Assembly (NCBI GenBank): GCA_965223905.1
Contig: CBDCXV010000009.1
Span: forward strand, 608,001 to 672,000
Length of the DNA stretch: 64,000 nt
Direction: 5' to 3'
Source: Candidatus Latescibacterota bacterium
GTDB lineage: Bacteria; Latescibacterota; UBA2968; UBA8231
Below, one piece after another: positions 52,418-61,147 of the stretch. Position 1 is the first letter of the stretch, and each line of letters opens with the position of its first letter. The translations under genes and the position numbers were made by a program. The notes below the pieces were generated by a model. That model did not search any database and was not told where the DNA came from. It worked only from the letters and a program-made list of their open reading frames with translations.

Positions 52418-53440
52418 CTACCTGCGCATCAGGTAGAACCTGAGGTCGGGATATAACCGGATCGCAGGAGCGGGCAGGTGGATCCAGTTGAGTTGGGATT
52501 TCAGCGGCTTCCACCAGGCAGCATCACCAGGCATAAATCGGGCATCGAAGTCGAAGGCGATCAGGACCTCCGGTCGCCCGTCGGGAAGATCTTCGTACTC
52601 CCGAAAAGGCCCCTTGCTTTTGACGTTGCTCCCGTGGAGACCGATGGCGCTGTATCCCAGCGCCAGTCCGAGAAAATCAGGCCAGATGCGAGCCCCCCGT
52701 TCCGGAAGAAGCTGCTCGAGGGCCACTGTCATCCAGAACGTCATGCCCTGGTAGTCGTCGATCAGGTGATCGGTGTGAGGCCGCTCCTCTCGCGAGCGCT
52801 GGACGCGCTCCCGATAGAGGGGGGACGGCCAGTAGCTGAATTTGAAGCCGAAGGCGCGGCTCGGTGGACAGGTGGCGTAAACCAGCGGCACCGCCGCTCC
52901 CAGGGTGTTGAAGAAGAAATCCGGAATGCTGAACCCCCAGTGCACGAAATAGGCGTCGCGCATTTCGATTTCGAACAGCGCCCCCCAGCTCGTGAGGGTC
53001 CCCAGGGAGGTTGCCGACATGGTGCCGAACCCCGCCCATGAATAAGCACTCGAGAACAGGCTCGAGAGAAACAGGCCGCCCATGAAGTGGCCGCCCTTGT
53101 CGAGGTTCAGGTAGGTATCTCCCGACCAGTCGTTGATCCAGCGGATCGAGTTGCGCTTTTCCCCCTGGTACCAGGCGCGGTCGAAATAGCGGAACCCGAG
53201 ATAATGGATGGCGGCCCCGGCACCGCACAGGGCGAGCAACCGTTCGAGGCGGACGCGACGGTTTTCCGCCGGTTCGTACTCCTGGCCCGCAATATGGGAC
53301 GCCTTCGCATCGCTGGTGTCAGCCTCGGTTGCAGCGGGGCAGGTGGCGGCGACGGCCAGGAACAGGGCCGGAGAACAACGCAAACAGGCCGCCAGCTTGT
53401 ATCGCAATCGTCGGAACCGCTTTACCTTACAGGTGTTCAA
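52418..53440 (-). CDS. DUF2279/YfiM-like protein
   Basis: LDKGGHF, WGFSIPDFFFNTLG, FKFSYWPS, DYQGMTFW, PAPAIR; start uncertain. Confidence 0.75.
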   Translation of the reverse strand: MNTCKVKRFRRLRYKLAACLRCSPALFLAVAATCPAATEADTSDAKASHIAGQEYEPAENRRVRLERLLALCGAGAAIHYLGFRYFDRAWYQGEKRNSIRWINDWSGDTYLNLDKGGHFMGGLFLSSLFSSAYSWAGFGTMSATSLGTLTSWGALFEIEMRDAYFVHWGFSIPDFFFNTLGAAVPLVYATCPPSRAFGFKFSYWPSPLYRERVQRSREERPHTDHLIDDYQGMTFWMTVALEQLLPERGARIWPDFLGLALGYSAIGLHGSNVKSKGPFREYEDLPDGRPEVLIAFDFDARFMPGDAAWWKPLKSQLNWIHLPAPAIRLYPDLRFYLMRR

Positions 53441-53510
53441 GTTGTTGTAGTTTATGTATTAAGGGGCAACGGCAATCGAAAACGCCGCCGACAGACGGGC
53501 CGCAGGGTAG

Positions 53511-55298
53511 ATGGCTGGCAGCGAGGGCATCAGCTCCCCAGGTTCCCGGCAGCGCGACCGGGGGCCGGGGAGCGGCGCACCGGTTCCAAGGCGCCGGCGC
53601 CCCGGCAGCAGGAGCGGCGCACCGTCGCCGGTTGGAGCCCAAGAGGCCACGCCGGGCTCTCGAGCGCGCCGGTGGCTCTCGAAGATCGTCTCTTCATGGG
53701 GGCCGTCACCGACCTTCCGCATTTTCCTCTTCCTCGGCGGCATCCTCTCCATCATGGCGTTTTTACTCTACAATGAGTACGTCATCGACCAGCTGAGGCG
53801 GCAGGAGAGAAACAGGGTTGCCCTCTACGCCAACCTCTACGGTCTGGCCTCGTCCCACCATCTGCACGAGGATGTCTCGGAACAGATCTGGAACACCGTA
53901 ATCTTCAACCCAGAGATCGACTTCCCCATAATAGTCACAGACCACCGGGGAGAGGTCGTGCTTGTAAAAGGTGACGGCCTCCCCGCGGCGGGCGACACGT
54001 CCGCAGCGGCCGCGGCGCGCCTGCGGCGGATCGTCGAGCAGATGGACGCACGGTATAAACCGGTGCGTTTTTTCGAGTCTCCCCTGGCTCGCGGCTTGGT
54101 CTACTTCGACGGCAGCAATCTCGTTCTCACCGATCTGTCAGGCCGGATAGTCACCTGGGCGCGCAAGGATCTTCCCGCCGGCGGTGATTCCACAGAGGTA
54201 GCTGCTGCGGAGGCGGCCGCGATGCTGCGGGTCCTTCGTGCTACGGTGACTCCGGATTCGCTGGCTGTCCCCGCAGACGGACGCAGCACTCTGTACCTGG
54301 ACGAGAACCGCTTCCTCGTCATCGATGCTTCCGGAAAGGCAGCGGTCTGGGGCGGCAGCCGCCTGCCCGCCGATCGCTCTTCCGCTGCCCTGGAGGAGGT
54401 ACAGCGCGCCGCCGCGGCATGGCCAGCCGGGTCCCCGCCGGTTTCGTTCCGCATACGCACGGAAAAGTTCATCCACTTCGGTCAGTCCGACATGATCGGG
54501 CAGATATCTTTCGCCCCCCTGGTCTCACTGGCAGTCCTGGCGATCTTCAGCCTTGTCGGCTACATCGGTTTCCGCAACATCCGCCGCAGCGAACAGCGCT
54601 CGATATGGGTCGGCATGGCGAAGGAGACGGCGCATCAGCTCGGCACCCCCCTGTCGTCGCTGGCGGGGTGGCTGGAGTTGATGGCGGGAGGCCGTGGGGA
54701 GATGCGGGAGCAAAGGGATGGCATCGTTCAGGAGATGCAGAAGGACATGCGGCGGCTGAACCAGATCGCATCCCGTTTCAGCCAGATCGGCTCCGTGCCG
54801 GAGCTGCGCCCTTCCGACCTCGGCTCGGTGCTCTCGGAAACCATCGGTTATTTCCGCGGACGCGGCCCCCAGTTCGGGCGCCATGTCTTCGAAGTCGACC
54901 TCGGCGATCTGCCGCCGGTTCCACTGAACGCGGAGCTGATGGGCTGGGCATTCGAGAATCTGTTCAAGAATGCCATGGATGCCATCGGGGGGAACGACGG
55001 AACCATCGCCGTGCGCGCCCGCCTGCGCGACCCGGACACCGTGAGCATCACTGTCCGCGACAACGGGCGCGGCATCGATGCCGACAGCATCGCCCGTGTT
55101 TTCGAACCGGGATTCAGCACCCGCAAGCGGGGTTGGGGACTGGGGTTGGCATTCGTGAAACGAATCGTGGAGGAGTACCACGGAGGCCGCATCCAGATCG
55201 CCCACAGCGCCGCGGGCTGGGGGACGACCTTCGAGATAGAGCTGCCGGTCCGGGGTGAGGGCACTTGCGCCGACGAACCGCGGTCAAGGGGAAAATGA
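53511..55298 (+). CDS. Membrane sensor histidine kinase
   Basis: Two TM segments; WVGMAKETAHQLGTPLSSL (H box), ENLFKNAMDA, DNGRG, FEPGFSTRKRGWGLGL. Confidence 0.93.
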   Translation: MAGSEGISSPGSRQRDRGPGSGAPVPRRRRPGSRSGAPSPVGAQEATPGSRARRWLSKIVSSWGPSPTFRIFLFLGGILSIMAFLLYNEYVIDQLRRQERNRVALYANLYGLASSHHLHEDVSEQIWNTVIFNPEIDFPIIVTDHRGEVVLVKGDGLPAAGDTSAAAAARLRRIVEQMDARYKPVRFFESPLARGLVYFDGSNLVLTDLSGRIVTWARKDLPAGGDSTEVAAAEAAAMLRVLRATVTPDSLAVPADGRSTLYLDENRFLVIDASGKAAVWGGSRLPADRSSAALEEVQRAAAAWPAGSPPVSFRIRTEKFIHFGQSDMIGQISFAPLVSLAVLAIFSLVGYIGFRNIRRSEQRSIWVGMAKETAHQLGTPLSSLAGWLELMAGGRGEMREQRDGIVQEMQKDMRRLNQIASRFSQIGSVPELRPSDLGSVLSETIGYFRGRGPQFGRHVFEVDLGDLPPVPLNAELMGWAFENLFKNAMDAIGGNDGTIAVRARLRDPDTVSITVRDNGRGIDADSIARVFEPGFSTRKRGWGLGLAFVKRIVEEYHGGRIQIAHSAAGWGTTFEIELPVRGEGTCADEPRSRGK

Positions 55299-56860
55299 TG
55301 GAGTCGAATCGGCGCAAGGTGTTGTGGGCTGACGACGAGATCGACATGCTCCGCTCACACTGCCTGTTCCTCAACGAGCGCGGCTACGAGGTAACCCCGG
55401 TCAGCAACGGCGAGGACGCGATAGCACTGATGCGCCGCGAGCATTTCGACATCGTGCTGCTCGACGAAATGATGCCCGGGCTCGACGGCCTCGCTACCGT
55501 CGAGGAAGTGAAAAACCAGGATCCCAACGTCCCTGTGATCATGATAACCAAAAACGAGGAAGAGCACCTGATGGACGAGGCCATCGGCCGCCGCCTCGAC
55601 GACTACCTGACCAAGCCGGTCAACCCGAGCCAGATCTTCATGGCCTGCCGGAAAATCCTCGACTCCAGGCAGATTCGCCAGAGCCAGGCCGGTCCGGCGT
55701 ACGTGTCGCAGGCCAACCAGATCCGCGAATGGCTTTCGGGAGCCCAGACGTGGCACACTTGGATCGACATCCACCGTCTGCTGTGCGAGTGGGACATCGA
55801 GATCTCGCGGATCGGCGACCGCGGACTGATGCGGATGATTGAGGACCAGCGACGCGAGTGCAACCAGGAGTTCGCCCGTTTTGTCGAGCGGGAATACCCG
55901 ACCTGGGTGAGGAGCGAGGAGGACTCGCCGCCGCTGTCGGTCGATGTCGTATCCGAGAACGTCGCGCCGCATCTGCAAGCCGGGAAACAGGTCTTCTTCA
56001 TCGTCATCGATTGCCTGCGGCTCGATCACTGGATGACGGTGGAACCGCTGATTTCGGAGTTTTTCAACGTGCGGCGGTCGCACTACTACTCGATCCTCCC
56101 CACGGCGACGCCCTACGCCCGCAACGCCCTGTTCAGCGGCCTCTTTCCAAGCGAAATAGCGTCGAAATACGAAGAGCTGTGGTCGGCGGGAAACGACGAC
56201 GAACAGAGCCTGAACCGCCACGAGCACCGCTTTCTTGACGACCTGATCGCTGCCGCGGGGATCGAACTCGCCGGGCCCACGCGCTACACCAAGATCCTCG
56301 AGGCGGGAGAGGGGCGGGATACGGCGCGCAGGGTGGATTCGATGGCGAATTCCCCGCTGGTAGCGCTGGTCTACAACTTTCTCGACATGCTGGTCCACGG
56401 CCGTTCCAACTCCGAGCTCCTGCGGGAGATAGCCCCTGAGGAGAGTGCCTTCCGCTCCCTGGTGCAGTCGTGGTTCGAGCACTCCTCGCTGTTCGAGCTG
56501 CTGAAGAAGGTTGCGCGTATGGATGCCGTCGTCGTCCTGACGACGGATCACGGAGCCGTGCGCGGCAGGCGTGCGACCATGGTCCACGCCGACCGTCAGA
56601 CATCCCCGAGCCTGCGCTACAAAAAGGGGCGGAACCTGCGCTGCGATTCGAAGGACGCCCTGCTGATTGCGGAACCGCTCGCGTACGGACTCCCCAACGC
56701 CGGGTTGGGGGGCAACTACCTGATCGCAAAGGAAGATTTCTACTTCGTGTATCCCAGGAAATTCAATGAGTATCAGCGCCACTACAAAGACAGCTTCCAG
56801 CACGGCGGCATCTCCTTGGAGGAGATGATCCTGCCAGTGGTCACCCTGGAGCCGCGATGA
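55295..56860 (+). CDS. PorX-like response regulator (receiver plus PglZ/alkaline-phosphatase domain)
   Basis: LWADDEID, LDEMMPGLDG, MITKNEEE, YLTKPVNPSQI, ILPTATPYARNALFSG, TTDHG, FQHGGISLEEMILP. Confidence 0.92.
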   Translation: MMESNRRKVLWADDEIDMLRSHCLFLNERGYEVTPVSNGEDAIALMRREHFDIVLLDEMMPGLDGLATVEEVKNQDPNVPVIMITKNEEEHLMDEAIGRRLDDYLTKPVNPSQIFMACRKILDSRQIRQSQAGPAYVSQANQIREWLSGAQTWHTWIDIHRLLCEWDIEISRIGDRGLMRMIEDQRRECNQEFARFVEREYPTWVRSEEDSPPLSVDVVSENVAPHLQAGKQVFFIVIDCLRLDHWMTVEPLISEFFNVRRSHYYSILPTATPYARNALFSGLFPSEIASKYEELWSAGNDDEQSLNRHEHRFLDDLIAAAGIELAGPTRYTKILEAGEGRDTARRVDSMANSPLVALVYNFLDMLVHGRSNSELLREIAPEESAFRSLVQSWFEHSSLFELLKKVARMDAVVVLTTDHGAVRGRRATMVHADRQTSPSLRYKKGRNLRCDSKDALLIAEPLAYGLPNAGLGGNYLIAKEDFYFVYPRKFNEYQRHYKDSFQHGGISLEEMILPVVTLEPR

Positions 56861-57360
56861 CGAGGGAAGCCTTCGTGGAGGTACCTTCCTCCTGGCCGGA
56901 TCCGGATTTCACCGGTGGTGCGGCAACGACCCATTCGGCCGCGGAGACGCGGGCTCTGGGGGCTCGTTTCGCCGCTCTGCTGGGTCCCGGAGAGCTGGTC
57001 GCCCTCACAGGAGAGCTGGGGGCCGGCAAGACCTGCTTCATACAGGGCATCTGCGCCGGACTCGGGGTCTCAGAGACCGTTAACAGCCCGACATTCGTCC
57101 TGATAAACCAGTACTCCGGACTTCGCAAGGACATTGCGATTTCCATCTATCACTTCGATTTTTACCGCCTCTCGGGTGCCGGCGAGCTCGACAGCTTCGG
57201 GGCGGAAGAATTCTTCGACGGAGACGGCATATGCCTGGTAGAGTGGGCGGAGCGGGCTGCGGAGCGGCTGCCGCCGCGGCGCTGGCAGGTCGAAATGGAG
57301 TACGTCGGGGCCGGGTCGCGGTCGTTGCGCTTCTGCAAGCTCGGCATCGGCACAAGCTGA
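56857..57360 (+). CDS. tsaE: tRNA threonylcarbamoyladenosine biosynthesis ATPase
   Basis: GELGAGKT, VNSPTFVLINQY, HFDFYRL, LVEWAER. Confidence 0.95.
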   Translation: MTREAFVEVPSSWPDPDFTGGAATTHSAAETRALGARFAALLGPGELVALTGELGAGKTCFIQGICAGLGVSETVNSPTFVLINQYSGLRKDIAISIYHFDFYRLSGAGELDSFGAEEFFDGDGICLVEWAERAAERLPPRRWQVEMEYVGAGSRSLRFCKLGIGTS

Positions 57361-57407
57361 CTACGGAGAGAGCCAGATTGCCGCACCTGCCAGGAAATCC
57401 GACCAGC

Positions 57408-58172
57408 ATGATCTTCACCGTGTTGTTGCTCTGCGCGAGCGCCTGGGCGCAAGAGGCGGAGCCGGTACGGCTGGTCGACAGCCCGACCGCCGGACTGACC
57501 TCCAAGGGGCGCTTCGGCGTGGACCTGCGGCTGTTCTCGAACGGCGGTGTAATCGGCGAGGTGAACGCCGGGATCCTGAAGCGCATTGCGATCGGCCTTT
57601 CCTTCGGCGGCACGGAGATCATCGGCGACGACGCGGTTTCCTGGTATCCCCGAGTAGAGGCCGCGGCTCGCTATCGCGTGATCGAGGAGAGTTCGGCAAT
57701 GCCGGGGGTAGCCATCGGATACGAAACCCAGGGGTACGGGGCCTACGAAGAGAACCGCTACCAGATAAAATCGAAGGGACTGTTCGCGGCGTTCAGCAAG
57801 AACTACTCCTCCGCCGTGGGCCAGTTCGGCCTTCATGCCGGAATCAACCTGACCCGCGAAGACGAGGACGACGGGGATCTGTCCGGGTGGCTGGGCGTCG
57901 ACAAGAGCATCGGCAGGCAGCTGTCGATCGTCGGCGAGTACGACCTGGCCATCAACGACAACGGAGATGACTCGCTGGGATCGGGAAAGGGCTACCTCAA
58001 CGTCGGCGCATACTGGTCTGCGGTACCGAACATCGGTATCGGCATTCTGCTGAAAAACGTTCTCAGAAATCGGGACGCGCCGGAATCCGGAGTCCCGGTA
58101 ATTTATCGGCAACTATCGGCGGATCCCGATATCAGCAGAGAGATATCCATCCGCTATACCGAGGAGTTCTGA
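57408..58172 (+). CDS. Outer-membrane beta-barrel protein (YjbH-like)
   Basis: Signal peptide, LVDSPTAG, AIGYETQG, amphipathic strands, terminal Phe. Confidence 0.65.
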   Translation: MIFTVLLLCASAWAQEAEPVRLVDSPTAGLTSKGRFGVDLRLFSNGGVIGEVNAGILKRIAIGLSFGGTEIIGDDAVSWYPRVEAAARYRVIEESSAMPGVAIGYETQGYGAYEENRYQIKSKGLFAAFSKNYSSAVGQFGLHAGINLTREDEDDGDLSGWLGVDKSIGRQLSIVGEYDLAINDNGDDSLGSGKGYLNVGAYWSAVPNIGIGILLKNVLRNRDAPESGVPVIYRQLSADPDISREISIRYTEEF

Positions 58173-58174
58173 AA

Positions 58175-59479
58175 ATGCTGACATCCCGGGCGATTATGGC
58201 ATTGACTTCGTTGGTGCTGGCGATTCCGGCGTTCCCCCAGGAGGAGCGCGCTGTGGACCACTTCGCCGGGGTAGGGGTGCGGGCGATGGGGATGGGGGGA
58301 GCCTACGCAGGAGTAGCGGATGATTTCACCGCAACTTTTTGGAATCCGGCCGGACTGGTGCAGGTGCAGGGCCGGGAAGTCCATGTCGCCTTCCTGCGCA
58401 ACGGGGTCACCAACGACTCTGAGCTGAAAGGCACCGGTTCGAGTTCCGAGCTCAGCAACACGCGCTTCGGTTCGCTCGGGTTCGTCTATCCCTACCCGGT
58501 GTACAGGGGCAATCTCGTGTTCGCCGCCGGCTTCAATCGCGTCAAGGATTTCGACTGGAGCCTGCGGGAGCAGGCTTTCATTAACAGTCTGTCGCATGAC
58601 AACCACTTCAGCCATGAAGGGGAGCTCGCCATGACCACGGTGGCGGCCGCGGTTGACGTCTCCCCTTCGATCTCCCTCGGGGTCGCCGCCAGCCTGATTT
58701 CCGGGGAGGACGAGGCGGTCAACGAATACGAAGCGCTGGATGACGAGGACCACTTTCTCGAAAGGCGGTTCACGGCGAGAGAGGTCTTTGTCGACGACTA
58801 CCAGACGACCTACCAGGTCACCCTGGGCGCCATGGTCCGGTCGCCGGTGGTGCGGTTCGGGGCGACGGTCGGGACCGGACCGACGCACAAAGTCCGCTAC
58901 ACCTTCAAGGCACCTCCTAACGAAGGCTGGAATTCGATCGAATACGACGACGGCTCGGTGGTGGAAACCCCGAACGATCAGATAAGGGATTCCTACGAGA
59001 TCTCGTTGCCGCTCGAGTTCGGGGTGGGCGCGTCGCTGCGTCCCGTTCCCGGGCTGCTGCTCGCCGCCGGTGTCCACGTGGCCGAGTGGACGCAGACCGA
59101 GTATCGCGGCAAGGACGAAAGCGAAGTACGGGCAAACACCTCCTTCGAGTCTCAGTACCGGGACGGGACCCGCTACCACTTCGGGGTTGAGTGGCAGGTG
59201 CCGGTGGTGGCGCTCGACCTGCGCGCGGGGTACTACACCGACCCGCTTCCCTTCATCGGTCCGCGCGATCCGAATCTGGAGGAGGACGACGAGACGAATC
59301 CCCGCATAACAGCCAAGCGGGACCGCGCCTTCCTGACCTTTGGCGCCGGCCTGGAAATGGAGGAGGCCGTTGAAGTGAATCTCGCCTGGAACCACGGAAC
59401 CTTCGAACGGTTGGAGCGTCCCTTGCAGGAGGAGGTCACTGTCGACCGGGTCTTCATAGGGTTGTCATATCACTTCTGA
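58175..59479 (+). CDS. OmpP1/FadL-family outer-membrane transporter
   Basis: RAMGMGGAYAGVADDFTATFWNPAGL; terminal IGLSYHF. Confidence 0.85.
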   Translation: MLTSRAIMALTSLVLAIPAFPQEERAVDHFAGVGVRAMGMGGAYAGVADDFTATFWNPAGLVQVQGREVHVAFLRNGVTNDSELKGTGSSSELSNTRFGSLGFVYPYPVYRGNLVFAAGFNRVKDFDWSLREQAFINSLSHDNHFSHEGELAMTTVAAAVDVSPSISLGVAASLISGEDEAVNEYEALDDEDHFLERRFTAREVFVDDYQTTYQVTLGAMVRSPVVRFGATVGTGPTHKVRYTFKAPPNEGWNSIEYDDGSVVETPNDQIRDSYEISLPLEFGVGASLRPVPGLLLAAGVHVAEWTQTEYRGKDESEVRANTSFESQYRDGTRYHFGVEWQVPVVALDLRAGYYTDPLPFIGPRDPNLEEDDETNPRITAKRDRAFLTFGAGLEMEEAVEVNLAWNHGTFERLERPLQEEVTVDRVFIGLSYHF

Positions 59480-59606
59480 CCTCGGCGCGAGGCTTGGATC
59501 GAATCGATACCGGGTGTATATTGAAGAGAAGGCTGCATGTGAAGGGTCGGGCCGCGGGTGCCAAAAAAAGACACAACAAGCTGAAAAACAGGAGGTTGTG
59601 TTCATC

Positions 59607-60323
59607 ATGAACAAAGACAAAGGAATCGTGGTCGTCGCTCTGGTCGTCGTCGCCTTGTCGTTGGGCGGATGTTACACGGTGCTGAAATCGCCGTACGCCG
59701 CCGATGATGCCAGGGAGGATGCCCGCTACGCCCGCTGGGAAGAGGAGAACCTCAGGGACAAATACGCACCTACCATCGGGCGTTTCGACGACGGCGACCG
59801 ATGGGATAGCCCGTACGACTATGGCCGCCAGGGTTTCCCGGTCTTCGGGTATCACTCCCAGTACGGCGCCTACGGTATGGGGGCCTATGGCAGCCCCTAC
59901 GGTGGGTATGGCGGCTACGGGGTGCCTTACGGCTACGGCAACGATCCGTACTACAACAACGGCTACGGTCCCTACGGCTACGGCTATGATCCATATTACG
60001 GGGACCCCAACGGGGTCTACGTACCTCCAGGATACGCGCTGGTGACCACGTCGGAGCTCGAGCAGGAGCAGCTGAGGGATATCCAGGTCCTCACCAATAC
60101 CACCCAGGATCACCTGCCGACGATCGATGAAGAGGCCGTGCGGCTGCAGAGGATCGAAACCGACAAGGAGAACTGGCAGCGTCGCAACACTCCCCGCGCT
60201 ACCAGAACCGCACCGACGACCAAGCGGGAGACAACCTCAACATCCTCCACCCCGGCCGCCAAGCAGGCGACGGAAAAATCTTCGGGCGAGTCGAATGCCG
60301 GGAGCAGGCGGGGCCGCCGTTAG
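59607..60323 (+). CDS. Tyr/Gly-rich lipoprotein
   Basis: Lipobox-like LSLGG-C, YG repeats, basic Ser/Thr-rich tail; AGGAGG upstream. Confidence 0.75.
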   Translation: MNKDKGIVVVALVVVALSLGGCYTVLKSPYAADDAREDARYARWEEENLRDKYAPTIGRFDDGDRWDSPYDYGRQGFPVFGYHSQYGAYGMGAYGSPYGGYGGYGVPYGYGNDPYYNNGYGPYGYGYDPYYGDPNGVYVPPGYALVTTSELEQEQLRDIQVLTNTTQDHLPTIDEEAVRLQRIETDKENWQRRNTPRATRTAPTTKRETTSTSSTPAAKQATEKSSGESNAGSRRGRR

Positions 60324-60354
60324 CTTCAGGTTCAGCTAGCGAAAATCGCACGAC

Positions 60355-60395
60355 AAGAAGGCGGATGACCCGTTTCGGGCCATCCGCCTTCTTTT
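60355..60395. terminator. Intrinsic terminator between convergent genes
   Basis: aagaaggcggatg-acccgtttcgggc-catccgccttctttt. Confidence 0.85.
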
Positions 60396-60427
60396 GTGTC
60401 CTTTGAGGCGCCTGCGGTCAGTTCGGC

Positions 60428-61147
60428 TCACTCTCCCGAGAGGTCAAAATGCCGGCCCTCCAGCGTCGGCGGAGGTGCCACGCGCACCAGGAACTGCCTC
60501 AGCGGCCTCGCCAGGGCGGACAGCAACTGGCGCTCCCCGCCGTCCCCGCCCCCCAGCAGGTTGACCTGCATCGGCTGCCAGTTGCTGCTGCGCTGGCGTT
60601 GCTGGGTCCAGGACCTCCCGGTCCTCAGGTTGATAAGCGAAAGTTCCAGGTCGACGGAGATGTTCATTCCCGGCGTGTGAACCATTCCGTAAGGGCTCGG
60701 CGATACTGGCGTCATCTGCGCCTGGAAGCCTTCGAGGACGACGTAGATCACCGCGTCGATCTCCAGCTCATCTCGCAGGGCGGTGCGATTCTCCTCGGCG
60801 GCAAGCCAGGTGGAGTCGAAGAATACCTCCTTGAAATGCCAGCGGATCTCGTCCTGGGTGATCACGCTGCTCTCCGGGAGGTTGCGGCCGAGCGACTTGG
60901 AGGTCGCATCGGTCAGGCGGCCCATCACCTTCTCTATGTCCACGCCCCGAACCGCCTCGATGGTTGTCCCGGACAGGACGCCGATAGTCTCCACGCCCTC
61001 GAGCAGTGGGGAGAGCTCCGGGTCGGGCAGGGCCGGCGCCCGGAATTCGACCTGCTTGAACGAGCCCCCGCCGGAGCGGCCGGCGCAACCGGCCAGACCA
61101 ACGGCGAACGCGGCGCCTATCAGAGCGACACTAAAAGCTTTTGCCAA
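60428..61147 (-). CDS. Hypothetical lipoprotein
   Basis: Lipobox GLAG-C; overlaps the end of the Omp85 gene. Confidence 0.7.
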   Translation of the reverse strand: MAKAFSVALIGAAFAVGLAGCAGRSGGGSFKQVEFRAPALPDPELSPLLEGVETIGVLSGTTIEAVRGVDIEKVMGRLTDATSKSLGRNLPESSVITQDEIRWHFKEVFFDSTWLAAEENRTALRDELEIDAVIYVVLEGFQAQMTPVSPSPYGMVHTPGMNISVDLELSLINLRTGRSWTQQRQRSSNWQPMQVNLLGGGDGGERQLLSALARPLRQFLVRVAPPPTLEGRHFDLSGE

